Shown here: piece by piece, positions 18,587 through 30,204 of the stretch
How the letters are laid out: the number at the start of each line of letters is the position of its first letter
Numbering within the stretch: position 1 is the first letter of the stretch
Assembly: GCA_030433335.1 (NCBI GenBank)
Contig: JAUILL010000019.1
Span: 708-64,707, forward strand
Direction: 5' to 3'
Length of the DNA stretch: 64,000 bases
DNA from: Alphaproteobacteria bacterium
Lineage (GTDB): Bacteria; Pseudomonadota; Alphaproteobacteria; Rhodobacterales; Rhodobacteraceae
Notes under the pieces: model-generated
Seen by the model: only the letters and a program-made list of their open reading frames with translations
Told to the model about the DNA's origin: nothing
The model's database searches: none
Position numbers and translations under genes: made by a program

Positions 18587-19996
18587 ATGCTCGATATCGC
18601 AATCCGCAACGCCGAAATCGTTACCGCCGGTGACCGTATTCACGCCGAGATCGGCATCCGGCAGGGGCGCATCGTTTCGATCGCCGAGAATGTCGGACTG
18701 GCACGGCAGGATATCGATGCCAAGGGCCTGCTGGTCTTGCCCGGTGGGATCGACGCTCATGTGCACCTAGAGCAGCCCCAAGGTGGCGGCGTTGTTATGG
18801 CCGACGGGTTTGAAAGCGGCACGCGATCTGCGGCGGCGGGCGGCAACACCACTGTCATGCCCTTCGCCCTCCAGCAGAAGGGGCAGTCCTTGCGCGAGGC
18901 TGTGGATGCTTATCACGCTGCGGCCAAGGGGAAATGCTACGTCGATACCTCGTTCCACCTGATCATCACCGACCCAACCCCACAGGTTCTGGGGCAGGAA
19001 CTGCCCGCGCTAGTCAAGGCTGGCTACACGTCCTTCAAGGTCTTTATGACCTATGACGATATGGTCCTGAACGACCGCGAACTGATCGTAGTTTTCGACG
19101 TGGCCCGCCGCGAAAAGGCGATGGTCATGGTCCACGCCGAGGGTTACGATGCCATCAAATACATGGCCCGCCGTCTGGAAGAAGCCGGCAAAACCGCGCC
19201 CTACTACCACGCCGAAAGCCGCCCCCAGAGTGTCGAGCGCGAGGCCACCCACCGCGCCATTTCCCACGCCGAACTGACCGATGTGCCGATCACCATCGTC
19301 CACGTCTCGGGCCGCGATCCGATGGAGCAGATCCAATGGGCCAAGAAGCGCGGCATGAACGTCTATGCCGAAACCTGCCCGCAATACATCGCCCTGACCG
19401 CCGATGACCTAAAGGGGCTGAACATGGACTTTGAGGGCGCGAAATACGTCTGCTCGCCGCCGCCCCGCGATCTGGACAGCCAGAAAGCGATCTGGGAGGG
19501 GCTGCGCGACGGCACCTTCGACATTTTCTCATCCGATCACTGCCCCTTCCGGTTCGAGGATGCGCAGGGCAAGGATGCCCCCGGTGCGCGGACGAACTTC
19601 AAATGGGTGCCGAACGGCATTCCCGGCGTCGAAACGCGCCTGCCGATCTTGTTCTCCGAAGGGGTCAGCAAGCGCCGCATTTCCATCGAGCGGTTCGTCG
19701 AACTGACTGCGACCAACCCCGCGAAGCTTTTCGGTCTCTATCCGAAAAAGGGCACCATTGCCGTGGGCGCGGACGCGGACCTGACCTTCTGGGACCCCGA
19801 ACGCGAGGTCACGATTTCCCAGTCCTTGATGCACCACGACTGCGACTACACCCCTTACGAAGGGCTGGCCGTTAAAGGCTGGCCTGTGCGTACCATCCTG
19901 CGCGGCGAAACCATCGCTTTGGACGGCGATGTGCTCGGCGCTCCGACGGACGGTGTGTATTTGGAACGCGGCACAAGTCGCGCATTCAGCGGATGA
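18587..19996 (+). CDS. hydA: Dihydropyrimidinase / D-hydantoinase (cyclic amidohydrolase)
   Basis: PGGIDAHVH, SFKVFMTY (carboxylated Lys), VHAE, IVHVS, SSDHCP, NPAKLFGLYPKKG. Confidence 0.9.
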   Translation: MLDIAIRNAEIVTAGDRIHAEIGIRQGRIVSIAENVGLARQDIDAKGLLVLPGGIDAHVHLEQPQGGGVVMADGFESGTRSAAAGGNTTVMPFALQQKGQSLREAVDAYHAAAKGKCYVDTSFHLIITDPTPQVLGQELPALVKAGYTSFKVFMTYDDMVLNDRELIVVFDVARREKAMVMVHAEGYDAIKYMARRLEEAGKTAPYYHAESRPQSVEREATHRAISHAELTDVPITIVHVSGRDPMEQIQWAKKRGMNVYAETCPQYIALTADDLKGLNMDFEGAKYVCSPPPRDLDSQKAIWEGLRDGTFDIFSSDHCPFRFEDAQGKDAPGARTNFKWVPNGIPGVETRLPILFSEGVSKRRISIERFVELTATNPAKLFGLYPKKGTIAVGADADLTFWDPEREVTISQSLMHHDCDYTPYEGLAVKGWPVRTILRGETIALDGDVLGAPTDGVYLERGTSRAFSG

Positions 19997-20008
19997 CGCG
20001 GCTGCGGG

Positions 20009-20650
20009 TCACCACCTCAGATATCGGTGACCTGCAAATGCGCCTATTCCTGTCGCGATCAGGATCCCCGCGCCGTACCACGTGACGTAGAACATCGGGG
20101 AATCCTCGTCGCAATGGAGGGCGTAACCGGCAGCAGCCAGTGCGCCGATGGCCAAGCCCAGCAATGCGCCGGTTCGTATGGGGCGGGTGGTCGCCCCTTG
20201 GCGCAGCATTCGAATGCCTGCAATGAGAGGCAGAGCGGAAATCGCTGTGATTGACACAAGGCAGGCTGCTGCGGTTTGCCCCATAATCTCGGCCCCCAAA
20301 TCTGCAGGTGCTGTGTTCACCAGCCTCATCAGAAACAGCGCGACCGCGAATAGCACAGGTGGGATCAACATCCACATGCGCGGCGAGCTCGTCGGCCGCG
20401 TCGTGGCCAAGGCAAAGGGCAGGGCGAGGCAAGCGAGCATCAAAGGCACAACATTTTTCGCCAGCGTGACAGGCTCTTGGAGCGCAGCCCCCAAATCAGG
20501 GCGAATGCCGAGCATCGCCAGAACGCCCCCAAGGCCCGCGGCAAAAGCCACGCCGATCCAGCCTGCCGCGCGGGACAGGTCCAGCGGTTCTGGCGCGGGG
20601 CGCGCAGCAAGGGCGGCGATGAACGCGTCGGTGTCCTGAGGGGTCGTCAA
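20009..20650 (-). CDS. nrsF: NrsF/DUF1109 membrane anti-sigma factor
   Basis: Six TM segments, GIRPDL, conserved Cys in AAACL and YALHCDEDSPMFYVTWY; overlaps the sigma gene stop. Confidence 0.88.
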   Translation of the reverse strand: MTTPQDTDAFIAALAARPAPEPLDLSRAAGWIGVAFAAGLGGVLAMLGIRPDLGAALQEPVTLAKNVVPLMLACLALPFALATTRPTSSPRMWMLIPPVLFAVALFLMRLVNTAPADLGAEIMGQTAAACLVSITAISALPLIAGIRMLRQGATTRPIRTGALLGLAIGALAAAGYALHCDEDSPMFYVTWYGAGILIATGIGAFAGHRYLRW

Positions 20651-21189
20651 TTCTTGGTCCTTTCGGCAATGCGTGCCAGTTGTTTCAGAGCGCGGTGCAG
20701 GGCCACCCGCGCCGAAGAGGCCGAGAGCCCCACCTTTTCGCCCGCGTCCTCGGCGCTTTCGCCTTCGAGGGTCATCGAGCGCACCAAGGCGGCGCCACGT
20801 CCGTCCAGATGGCTCAGCATGTATTCAGCGTCCTTGCCAGCCAAGGGGACAGCGGCAGACAGGTCTTCGAGCGTTTCCGAGAAAGGCTCGATCGGCACAT
20901 GGATGATAGCGCCGCGGCGGCGAAAGGCATCCACAACCTTGTAGCGGGTGATCGCGTAGACCCACGGTTTGACCGGCGTGTCCTCTTTCCAGGTGCCACG
21001 CTTGAGGTGGATGGCCAGCAACACCTCTTGCAAGATGTCTTCGTGCTGGTCCTCGGGCAGGCTGCCGCCTTTGGCGCGGATCACAGTGCGGATCGCGGGG
21101 GTGATGCGGCGCAGGAAGTGGGCGAAGGCCTGACCGTCGCCAGCATTCGCGCGTCCCAGCAGCTCTGCAAGTTCATCCGGTTGGGACAC
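20647..21189 (-). CDS. sigF: ECF sigma factor (SigF/ECF16-like)
   Basis: EDILQEVLLAIHLKRGTW, PWVYAITRYKVVDAFRRRG, RVALHRALK; GTG start at 21189 behind SD GGAGGAG. Confidence 0.88.
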   Translation of the reverse strand: MSQPDELAELLGRANAGDGQAFAHFLRRITPAIRTVIRAKGGSLPEDQHEDILQEVLLAIHLKRGTWKEDTPVKPWVYAITRYKVVDAFRRRGAIIHVPIEPFSETLEDLSAAVPLAGKDAEYMLSHLDGRGAALVRSMTLEGESAEDAGEKVGLSASSARVALHRALKQLARIAERTKN

Positions 21190-21225
21190 TTTCTCCTCCG
21201 CGCGCGTGTCGCCTCGCTTGGTCCG

Positions 21226-21253
21226 AGTATACGGCGCGGGCCGTGCGGCGCAA
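21226..21253 (-). promoter_or_regulatory. Putative sigma70 promoter for sigF-nrsF
   Basis: Minus strand TTGCGC-N16-TATACT, about 35 nt upstream of the GTG start. Confidence 0.45.
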
Positions 21254-21284
21254 TTGGCAGAGAGGGCAAGCATGGCTGTCTGTG

Positions 21285-21713
21285 TCACGCGTGATCCAGC
21301 CCCAGTTTGTGATCGACCGAGATGCGGCCCGGCCCCATGGCGATCAAAGCGATCAGGGCCGAGGCCCAGAGCCCATGGGTGATCCACGCACCGGGGTAGA
21401 CAAAGATCTGGATGGTTGCGGTCATCATCAGCAGACCAAGTGCTGACAGGCGGGTAAAGAGGCCGATGATCATCAGGGCGGGCAGGATGTGTTCGGCCAG
21501 TGTTGCCAAGACGGCAGCCACTTCGTGAGGCACGAGGGGCAGGGCATATTCGTGTTCGAACAGGAAGAACGTGCTGTCCTTGATCGACAGGCCCTCGACC
21601 TTGGTGCGGCCTGACTGCAGGAACACGGCGGCTGGAAAGATGCGCAGGGCCAGAGCGGTGAAGGCTGCAGGAATGCGATCCCCGAGGGCGTTCAGTTTGG
21701 CGATGGGTGTCAT
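21285..21713 (-). CDS. DoxX-family membrane protein (BufD-like)
   Basis: [37 protein letters not shown]. Confidence 0.9.
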   Translation of the reverse strand: MTPIAKLNALGDRIPAAFTALALRIFPAAVFLQSGRTKVEGLSIKDSTFFLFEHEYALPLVPHEVAAVLATLAEHILPALMIIGLFTRLSALGLLMMTATIQIFVYPGAWITHGLWASALIALIAMGPGRISVDHKLGLDHA

Positions 21714-22465
21714 GGCTGAATGCTCCCTTCAGTCAGCACGCCGGCCTGCATCAGATTGACCAGCAACGGTTGTGGATTGAACATCGGGTCCTGTAGGGAA
21801 CCCGACGCAGCGGCAGAGGCCAGCGGGCGGCCTTCGCGCAGGGCTTTCAGCATCTCGGCTTCGGCGGGGGTGATAACCTGAACTGGCACGTCGAAAATGC
21901 GGTCCCGAAGGATCAAGGCGATCTCAGCGCTGCGCCCGATGGGGTGCGTTTCGAAGCCCGGCTGGTTCCGTTGCCAGATCGACACCGCCGCATAGCGCAG
22001 CTTCAGCACTTGGACCGACGGGTGCAGACCCATGCGCAGGGTCTCCGGGTTGGCGCTGCTCAGGGTGCTGGCCTCGATCGGGGCAGCGTCGGCCGCGTGG
22101 AATGCCACGCCGCGCGCGTACTCGATCCGCGCTACGTCGCCGAGATAGGGGTATTCCTTGAGCGGCGAAAACCGGTCGAGGAAGATCGCGAACTCCTTGC
22201 CCCATTCCTGCAGGACGGGGGATGTCGGCTTGTGATGCTCAATGAACACCCGCGCCATCGCGCCGAAGAAATCGTCGCCGACCAAGCGGCGGATCACGGG
22301 GTAGCGGGCAGTCAGCGCTTCTGACAGGCTGACCATCACGTTGTTGCGGTAGATGTTGAAGCGCTGCTCGGCCTCGGACGGGTCGAGCGCGGTGATGCCG
22401 TGGGGCAGCGGCCCGCCATTCAGAGCGCGGTCAAAGGCCGCGAGGGTGTCATGATGCGAGGTCAA
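21710..22465 (-). CDS. DUF2063 / BufC-HvfC-type MNIO partner protein
   Basis: RFNIYRNNV...[52 protein letters not shown]. Confidence 0.88.
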   Translation of the reverse strand: MTSHHDTLAAFDRALNGGPLPHGITALDPSEAEQRFNIYRNNVMVSLSEALTARYPVIRRLVGDDFFGAMARVFIEHHKPTSPVLQEWGKEFAIFLDRFSPLKEYPYLGDVARIEYARGVAFHAADAAPIEASTLSSANPETLRMGLHPSVQVLKLRYAAVSIWQRNQPGFETHPIGRSAEIALILRDRIFDVPVQVITPAEAEMLKALREGRPLASAAASGSLQDPMFNPQPLLVNLMQAGVLTEGSIQP

Positions 22466-23300
22466 GGCGCGCGCCTCCTTTGGCCAGAATGTCGGCGGCG
22501 GCGCGGGCCTCTGCGGCCAGAACGGGCCAATCGGGGAGGTCGTTGTCCCATTCCACCAGCGTCGGCAGCGCGCCGGTGCGGGTGATCACATGGGCAAACA
22601 GGCTCCACACCGGATCGGCGACTGGCGAGCTGTGGGCGTCGATCAGCAGGGGGCCAGAGGGCAGCTCTTCGGTGCTGTGACCGCCGAGGTGGATTTCCCC
22701 GACCGAAGTCAGCGGGAACGCGGCAATGTAGTCATAGGGGTCTTGGCCGTGGTTGGTGCAGGACACAAAGACGTTGTTCACATCCAGCAAGAGGCCGCAG
22801 CCGGTGCGCTGGACGATGGCTTTCAGGAAATCGGTCTCGCTGATCGTAGACTGCTCGAACAGCACGTAGGTCGAGGGGTTCTCGAGCAGTATCTTGCGGC
22901 CCAGAACCTCTTGGACCTGATCGATGTGGTCACACACGGTTTGCAAGGTCTCGGGCGTGTAGGGCAGGGGGAGCAGGTCGTTCAGATATTCGGCCCCATG
23001 GCTGGACCACGCCAGATGCTCGGAAAAGCTGTCGGGCTGGTATCGGTCGCACACGGTTTTCAGTCGCTGCAGGTGATCACCATCCAGACCGCGTTGCCCG
23101 CCGATGGACAGGCCGACCCCGTGCACGGACAGGGCATAGTCTTCTCGCAGGGCCGTCAGTTGTGCATGCGGCAGGCCACCCGCGCCCATGTAGTTCTCGG
23201 CATGAATCTCAAAGAAGTCCACGCGCCGCGCGTCGTTGCGGATGGCGGTGAAATGGTCGGGCTTGAAGCCGACGCCGACAGATGCAGGAAGTCCGGTCAT
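22449..23300 (-). CDS. DUF692 multinuclear non-heme iron oxidase (MNIO, BufB-like)
   Basis: [59 protein letters not shown] iron-ligand motifs; ATG at 23300. Confidence 0.95.
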   Translation of the reverse strand: MTGLPASVGVGFKPDHFTAIRNDARRVDFFEIHAENYMGAGGLPHAQLTALREDYALSVHGVGLSIGGQRGLDGDHLQRLKTVCDRYQPDSFSEHLAWSSHGAEYLNDLLPLPYTPETLQTVCDHIDQVQEVLGRKILLENPSTYVLFEQSTISETDFLKAIVQRTGCGLLLDVNNVFVSCTNHGQDPYDYIAAFPLTSVGEIHLGGHSTEELPSGPLLIDAHSSPVADPVWSLFAHVITRTGALPTLVEWDNDLPDWPVLAAEARAAADILAKGGARLDLAS

Positions 23301-23321
23301 GGCAATACCTTTGGGGCAAAT

Positions 23322-23355
23322 GGAAAAGAGGGGGCGCCGTTGGGGTGGCGCCCCC
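23322..23355 (-). terminator. Intra-operon hairpin between the precursor and MNIO genes
   Basis: 9-bp stem GGGGGCGCC (23330-23338)/GGCGCCCCC (23347-23355), followed on the minus strand by TCTTTTCC. Confidence 0.65.
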
Positions 23356-23364
23356 AAGGGCGTC

Positions 23365-23673
23365 TTAGGCAGGGATGTCGCGGGTCAGCGCCTCAAGCGA
23401 GCCCATGCGCGATTTGCCCATGTCATCTGACGGCAGTTCCATGCTGGTGCAGGTGCCTGCGGGGACAAGCTTCCATGCGTTGCCCTGATAATCGACCTTG
23501 GAGGTGCCGGCGCAGGTGGTGCCGGGGCCTGCGGCGCAGTCGTTCTGGCCGGCCAGCGCCACGCCAAAGCATTTCTCCATGTCATCCGCCGCGTGTGCGG
23601 GAATGGCTGCCATGGCACCCAGAGTACAAGCCAGCGAAGCACCCAGAACAAGATTGGTTTTCAATGCGGTCAT
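23365..23673 (-). CDS. DUF2282 / BufA1-type bufferin precursor peptide
   Basis: Sec signal ending PAHA, then [43 protein letters not shown] with four Cys (C35, C46, C54, C75); SD GGAG. Confidence 0.92.
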   Translation of the reverse strand: MTALKTNLVLGASLACTLGAMAAIPAHAADDMEKCFGVALAGQNDCAAGPGTTCAGTSKVDYQGNAWKLVPAGTCTSMELPSDDMGKSRMGSLEALTRDIPA

Positions 23674-23728
23674 TTTAGCTCTCCATCACTAAATCAAAGG
23701 GCGTTCTCCGTTGCCCTTCACTCATCAG

Positions 23729-23754
23729 TTCGCAGAGAGGCGGCCCTTCGTTAC
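23729..23754 (-). promoter_or_regulatory. SigF/ECF16-type promoter of the precursor operon
   Basis: Minus strand GTAACG-N16-CGAA, matching the Caulobacter SigF consensus GTAACC-N16-CGAA with one mismatch; 55 nt upstream of the ATG. Confidence 0.8.
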
Positions 23755-23865
23755 GCCGCTCACACCCCCGTTATGGCTGATGGGTGTTCCGTGATGGGTG
23801 TTACAGAAATCGGGGGTTTTCGCGGGTATTTTCCGGATTTTCCACTGCCCGCAGGAGGGAGTTTG

Positions 23866-23898
23866 AAACAAAAAGGGCGCAGCAGAAGCCGCGCCCTT
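23866..23898 (-). terminator. katG intrinsic terminator
   Basis: AAGGGCGC...GCGCCCTT stem with a U-tract on the minus strand. Confidence 0.65.
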
Positions 23899-23937
23899 GG
23901 ATGATTTCGCTGCCCGACTGTGCGGGCAGAGCAGGTT

Positions 23938-26127
<2,190 letters not shown>

Positions 26128-26230
26128 TCATTCACGTTGGTTTCCAAATAAAGTGGCCTCGGTCGCGCAAAGTTCCAGAACTTTAGAATCGTTTTCGAAA
26201 GGCCTTGATGGGGACAGTATGCATCGGAGT

Positions 26231-26279
26231 CGATAAAACATAATCGTATGTTTTTCTTGTTGTGATAATTTGAGGTTAT
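26231..26279. promoter_or_regulatory. AT-rich katG upstream region with LysR/OxyR-like half-site dyads
   Basis: CGAT-N8-ATCG and ATAA-N7-TTAT elements; resemblance to OxyR boxes is partial. Confidence 0.35.
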
Positions 26280-26314
26280 GAAAAATTCTGCGTCAGCATC
26301 CTGCACTGCAGTAT

Positions 26315-26352
26315 GAAAAAGCCCCCGCGCAGGTCGGCTGCGCAGGGGCTTT
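26315..26352 (-). terminator. dpp operon terminator
   Basis: AAAGCCCCCGCGCAG/CTGCGCAGGGGCTTT stem with a U-tract on the minus strand. Confidence 0.7.
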
Positions 26353-26375
26353 GGATCGCAATTTTCTGGTGGCGC

Positions 26376-27329
26376 TCAGGCGTAGAAACACGCGGCCTGA
26401 TGCGCCTCTCCCATCAAAGAGGGCCGTTCAGCACGGCATTTGTCGGTGGCCTTCCAACAGCGCGGCGCAAAGGCGCAACCGGGAGGAACGTTCAGCGGGG
26501 ACGGTAACTCGCCCGTCAGCTTGATCCGTTCCTTGTGGTGCTCGGGGTCTGCGATGGGTGTCGCGGACAGCAGCGCCTGGGTGTAGGGGTGCGAGGGGTT
26601 CTGGAAGACGTTCTCTTTCGATCCCTTTTCCACGGCGCGGCCCAGATACATCACGATCACATCGTCGGCCACGTGGCGCACTACACTTAGGTCGTGCGAG
26701 ATGAACAGGTAGGCCAGCCCCAGACGTTCCTGCAGGTCGGTCAGCAGGTTCAGCACCGAGGACTGGATCGACAGGTCCAGCGCAGACACAGGTTCGTCCA
26801 GCACCAGCACTTTGGGGTCCAGCATCAGGGCGCGGGCAATCGCGATCCGCTGGCGCTGCCCGCCCGAGAACATGTGCGGATAGCGGTCGAAATGTTCGGG
26901 GCGCAGGCCGACCATGTTCAGCATCTGGCGGGCGCGATCTTCTTTCTCTGCCTTGGACAGATCGGGGCGGTTGATCACCAAGGGCTCCATCAAGATCTGA
27001 CCGATCCGCTGACGCGGGTTTAGCGATCCGTAGGGGTCTTGGAACACGATCTGCACCGACTGACGGACCGAGGCCCATTGGTCGGGCGTCACCGCTTGGC
27101 CATCAAGGGTCAGGGTGCCGCTGGTCGGCTCCTCGATCATGGTGACCATCCGGGCAAGGGTCGATTTCCCGCAGCCGGATTCGCCGACCACGGCCAGCGT
27201 CTTGCCCGCGTAGAGTTCGAAATCCACGTCCTGCACCGCGCGCAGGGTCTGGGGTTTGCTGAAGAGCCCGCCACCCACCGCATAATGGCGGGCCAGATGG
27301 CTGGCGGTCATTACGGGGGCTTGGGTCAT
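26376..27329 (-). CDS. dppF: Dipeptide ABC transporter ATPase
   Basis: GESGCGKST, RYPHMFSGGQRQR, LDEPVSALD, HPYTQAL, C-terminal Cys motif. Confidence 0.93.
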   Translation of the reverse strand: MTQAPVMTASHLARHYAVGGGLFSKPQTLRAVQDVDFELYAGKTLAVVGESGCGKSTLARMVTMIEEPTSGTLTLDGQAVTPDQWASVRQSVQIVFQDPYGSLNPRQRIGQILMEPLVINRPDLSKAEKEDRARQMLNMVGLRPEHFDRYPHMFSGGQRQRIAIARALMLDPKVLVLDEPVSALDLSIQSSVLNLLTDLQERLGLAYLFISHDLSVVRHVADDVIVMYLGRAVEKGSKENVFQNPSHPYTQALLSATPIADPEHHKERIKLTGELPSPLNVPPGCAFAPRCWKATDKCRAERPSLMGEAHQAACFYA

Positions 27330-28303
27330 GACGCGATCCTCTGGTCGGTGTTCAGCGGGGTGTGGCAGCGGGCGTAGCCCAGATCAGCCCCCAGCGGGGC
27401 AGGGGGCACGGTGCGGCAGTGGTCGTTCGCGAACTGGCAGCGCGGGCTGAAGAGGCACCCTGCAGGCCGGTCGAACTGGCCGGGGACGACGCCGGGGATG
27501 GTGGGCAGACGCTTTTCCGTGGCGCGTTCGGGCAGGGCACGCAGCAGCGCATCCGAATAGGGGTGGTGCGGGGCGCGGAACAGGTCGCGCACGGGGCGTT
27601 CCTCGATCTTTTGACCCGCGTATTGAACACTGACGCGGTGAGCGGTTTCGGCGACCACACCCATATCGTGGGTGATCAGGACCAAACCCATGCCGCTCTC
27701 TTCGCGCAGGGACGTCAGCAGGTCGAGGATCTGCGCCTGAATGGTCACGTCGAGCGCGGTGGTGGGTTCGTCAGCAATCAGCAACTTGGGTTTGCACGCA
27801 ATCGCCATCGCGATCATCACGCGCTGGTTCATGCCCCCCGACAGCTGGTGGGGAAAGGACGACAGACGCTTTTCCGGCGCGGGGATGCCGACTTGTTCAA
27901 ACAGTTCGATCGCCCGTTTGTGCCGTTCAGCGCGGCCCATGCCCAGATGTTTGCGCAGGGCTTCCTTGATCTGCCAGCCCACGGTGAAGCACGGGTTCAA
28001 GGACGACATCGGCTCCTGAAAGATCATGGCAAGGTCTTTGCCGATGATCTTGCGGCGGTCCTTGGCGTTCATGGTCAGCAGATCGTGGCCGTTGAACGAC
28101 AGTTCGTCGGCGGTCACCTTGGCGGTCCACGGCAGCAGGCCCATCAGCGCCAGCATGGACACGGATTTGCCCGATCCACTCTCGCCCACGATGGCCAGAA
28201 TCTCACCGCTCGCCACGTCCTGATCCACACTGTCCACAGCGCGGAACATGCCGGTCGAGGTCGAGAACTCAACGCTCAGATTTCGAATACGGAGGAGGCT
28301 CAT
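27326..28303 (-). CDS. dppD: Dipeptide ABC transporter ATPase
   Basis: GESGSGKS, FQEPMSSLNPCFTVG, PHQLSGGMNQR. Confidence 0.93.
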   Translation of the reverse strand: MSLLRIRNLSVEFSTSTGMFRAVDSVDQDVASGEILAIVGESGSGKSVSMLALMGLLPWTAKVTADELSFNGHDLLTMNAKDRRKIIGKDLAMIFQEPMSSLNPCFTVGWQIKEALRKHLGMGRAERHKRAIELFEQVGIPAPEKRLSSFPHQLSGGMNQRVMIAMAIACKPKLLIADEPTTALDVTIQAQILDLLTSLREESGMGLVLITHDMGVVAETAHRVSVQYAGQKIEERPVRDLFRAPHHPYSDALLRALPERATEKRLPTIPGVVPGQFDRPAGCLFSPRCQFANDHCRTVPPAPLGADLGYARCHTPLNTDQRIAS

Positions 28304-28306
28304 GTC

Positions 28307-29197
28307 TCAGCTCCTTTTCAGCTTGGGATCAAGGGCGTCGCGCAGACCGTCGCCCATCAGGTTGATCGCCAGAACGGTGATCAGAATGGCCACACCGGGG
28401 AAGGTGACGACCCACCACGCGCGCAGAATGAACTCTCGCGCTTCCGCCAGCATGGTGCCCCATTCGGGGGTCGGGGGCTGTGCGCCCATCCCCAGAAAGC
28501 CCAGAGCCGCCGCGTCCAGAATGGCGGTCGAGAACGACAGCGCTGCCTGCACGATGATCGGGGCCAGACAGTTGGGCAGGACGGTGATGAACATTAGGCG
28601 CATCAGTCCAGCACCCGCCACACGGGCCGAGGTCACGTAATCCTTTTGCCTCTCGGACATGACCGAAGCGCGAGTGAGGCGCACGTAATGGGGTTGCAAG
28701 ACAATGGCGATGGCGATCATGGCGTTGGTCAGCGACGGCCCCAGAACGGCCACCAGCACGAGGGCCAGCAGCAGCGAGGGGAACGCCAGAATGATGTCCA
28801 TCAGGCGCATGATGATCGTGTCCAGCCAGCGCGGCGCAAAGCCCGCCAGCACCCCGATGACGATCCCGCCAACCGACGCAATTGACACCACCACGATGCC
28901 CACAAAGAAACTAAAGCGCGCCCCCACAATCAGGCGGGACAGCATATCGCGGCCCAAGGGGTCGGTGCCCAAGGGGAAGGTCCAGCTGCCGCCTTCTTGC
29001 CAGAACGGGGGCTGCAGGATGTGTTCGCGGTACTGCATGGTCGGGTCGTGGGGCGCGATGAACGGGGCGAAGGCCGCGACGATCAGGAAGGCTCCGAAAA
29101 CCCACAGGCCCATGACGGCCCCACGGTTTTCGCGGAAGTAGTACCAGAATTCACGCAAGGCGCTGGGACGGGACGGAGTGTTCGACATCTCGGTCAT
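28307..29197 (-). CDS. dppC: Dipeptide ABC transporter permease
   Basis: LREFWYYF, LGTDPLGRDMLSRL, PHYVRLTRA, PPTPEWG, LRDALDPKLK. Confidence 0.93.
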   Translation of the reverse strand: MTEMSNTPSRPSALREFWYYFRENRGAVMGLWVFGAFLIVAAFAPFIAPHDPTMQYREHILQPPFWQEGGSWTFPLGTDPLGRDMLSRLIVGARFSFFVGIVVVSIASVGGIVIGVLAGFAPRWLDTIIMRLMDIILAFPSLLLALVLVAVLGPSLTNAMIAIAIVLQPHYVRLTRASVMSERQKDYVTSARVAGAGLMRLMFITVLPNCLAPIIVQAALSFSTAILDAAALGFLGMGAQPPTPEWGTMLAEAREFILRAWWVVTFPGVAILITVLAINLMGDGLRDALDPKLKRS

Positions 29198-30204
29198 CAG
29201 CGTTTCCTAATCTTGGGGTTGATGATGCCATAGAGGACATCGACAGTCAGGTTCACGATCATCACCATCACGGCGATCAGCAGCAGGCCGCCTTGGACCA
29301 CGGGGTAGTCGCGGCGGAAGATGCTATCGACCATCCACTTACCGATGCCCGGCCAGCTAAAGATCGTTTCGGTCAGGATCGCGCCAGCCAACAGGGTGCC
29401 GACGGACAGGCCGATCACGGTGATCACAGGGATCAACGCGTTGCGCAGGGCGTGGACGGCGTTGACGCGGGACGGGGACATGCCCTTGGCGCGGGCGGTG
29501 CGGATGTAATCCTCGCCCAAAACCTCGAGCATCGCGGATCGGGTCTGGCGGGCGATCACCGCTAGCGGGATGGTGCCCAGAACGATGGTCGGCAGGATCA
29601 GGTGGCGGATGGCGGACCACAGCGCGCCCGATTGGCCGGACATCAGCGCGTCATAGATCATGAAGCCCGATGCGTTCGGGAAGTAGTAGATCAGGTCGAT
29701 CCGGCCCGACACAGGCGTCCATTTCAGGATACCCGAGAAGACGATGATGAGCAGCAGCGCCCACCAGAAGATTGGCATCGAATAGCCGATCAGGGCGGTG
29801 GACATCAGCGTCCGGTCAAAGAACTTGCCGCGGTTCACGGCGGCGATCACACCTGCGGGTAGGCCCAAGGCCACCGCAAAGATCATGGCGCAGATCGACA
29901 GCTCCAAAGTCGCGGGGAAGAGGGCAAAGAACTCGTCCCACACCGGTTTTTTGGTGACGAACGAATTGCCCAGATCGCCTTGGACGACGCCGCTAAGGTA
30001 GTTCCAGAACTGCACGTACATCGGCTGGTCAAACCCGTATTGGGCGGTCAGCTCTGCGTGGCGTTCGGGGGACATACCGCGTTCGCCTGCCATCACGATG
30101 ATCGGATCACCGGGCAGCAGGCGGATAAAGGCAAACGAAATCAGCGTGACGCCAATAAAGGTCGGGATAAACGTCAGAAGACGCGAGGCGAAATATTTCA
30201 GCAT
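29197..30204 (-). CDS. dppB: Dipeptide ABC transporter permease
   Basis: Start MLKYF at 30204; PTFIGVTL, FPATLEL, YSMPIFWW, DYIRTARAKG. Confidence 0.93.
   Translation of the reverse strand: MLKYFASRLLTFIPTFIGVTLISFAFIRLLPGDPIIVMAGERGMSPERHAELTAQYGFDQPMYVQFWNYLSGVVQGDLGNSFVTKKPVWDEFFALFPATLELSICAMIFAVALGLPAGVIAAVNRGKFFDRTLMSTALIGYSMPIFWWALLLIIVFSGILKWTPVSGRIDLIYYFPNASGFMIYDALMSGQSGALWSAIRHLILPTIVLGTIPLAVIARQTRSAMLEVLGEDYIRTARAKGMSPSRVNAVHALRNALIPVITVIGLSVGTLLAGAILTETIFSWPGIGKWMVDSIFRRDYPVVQGGLLLIAVMVMIVNLTVDVLYGIINPKIRKR

Noticed and set aside
21190-21387. Long N-terminal extension of the sigma factor in the ORF track
   Set aside because: It overlaps doxX; the strong SD GGAGGAG supports the GTG start at 21189.
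23779-23804. Second GTAACA as a possible extra SigF promoter
   Set aside because: The position 16 nt downstream reads CATC, not CGAA.
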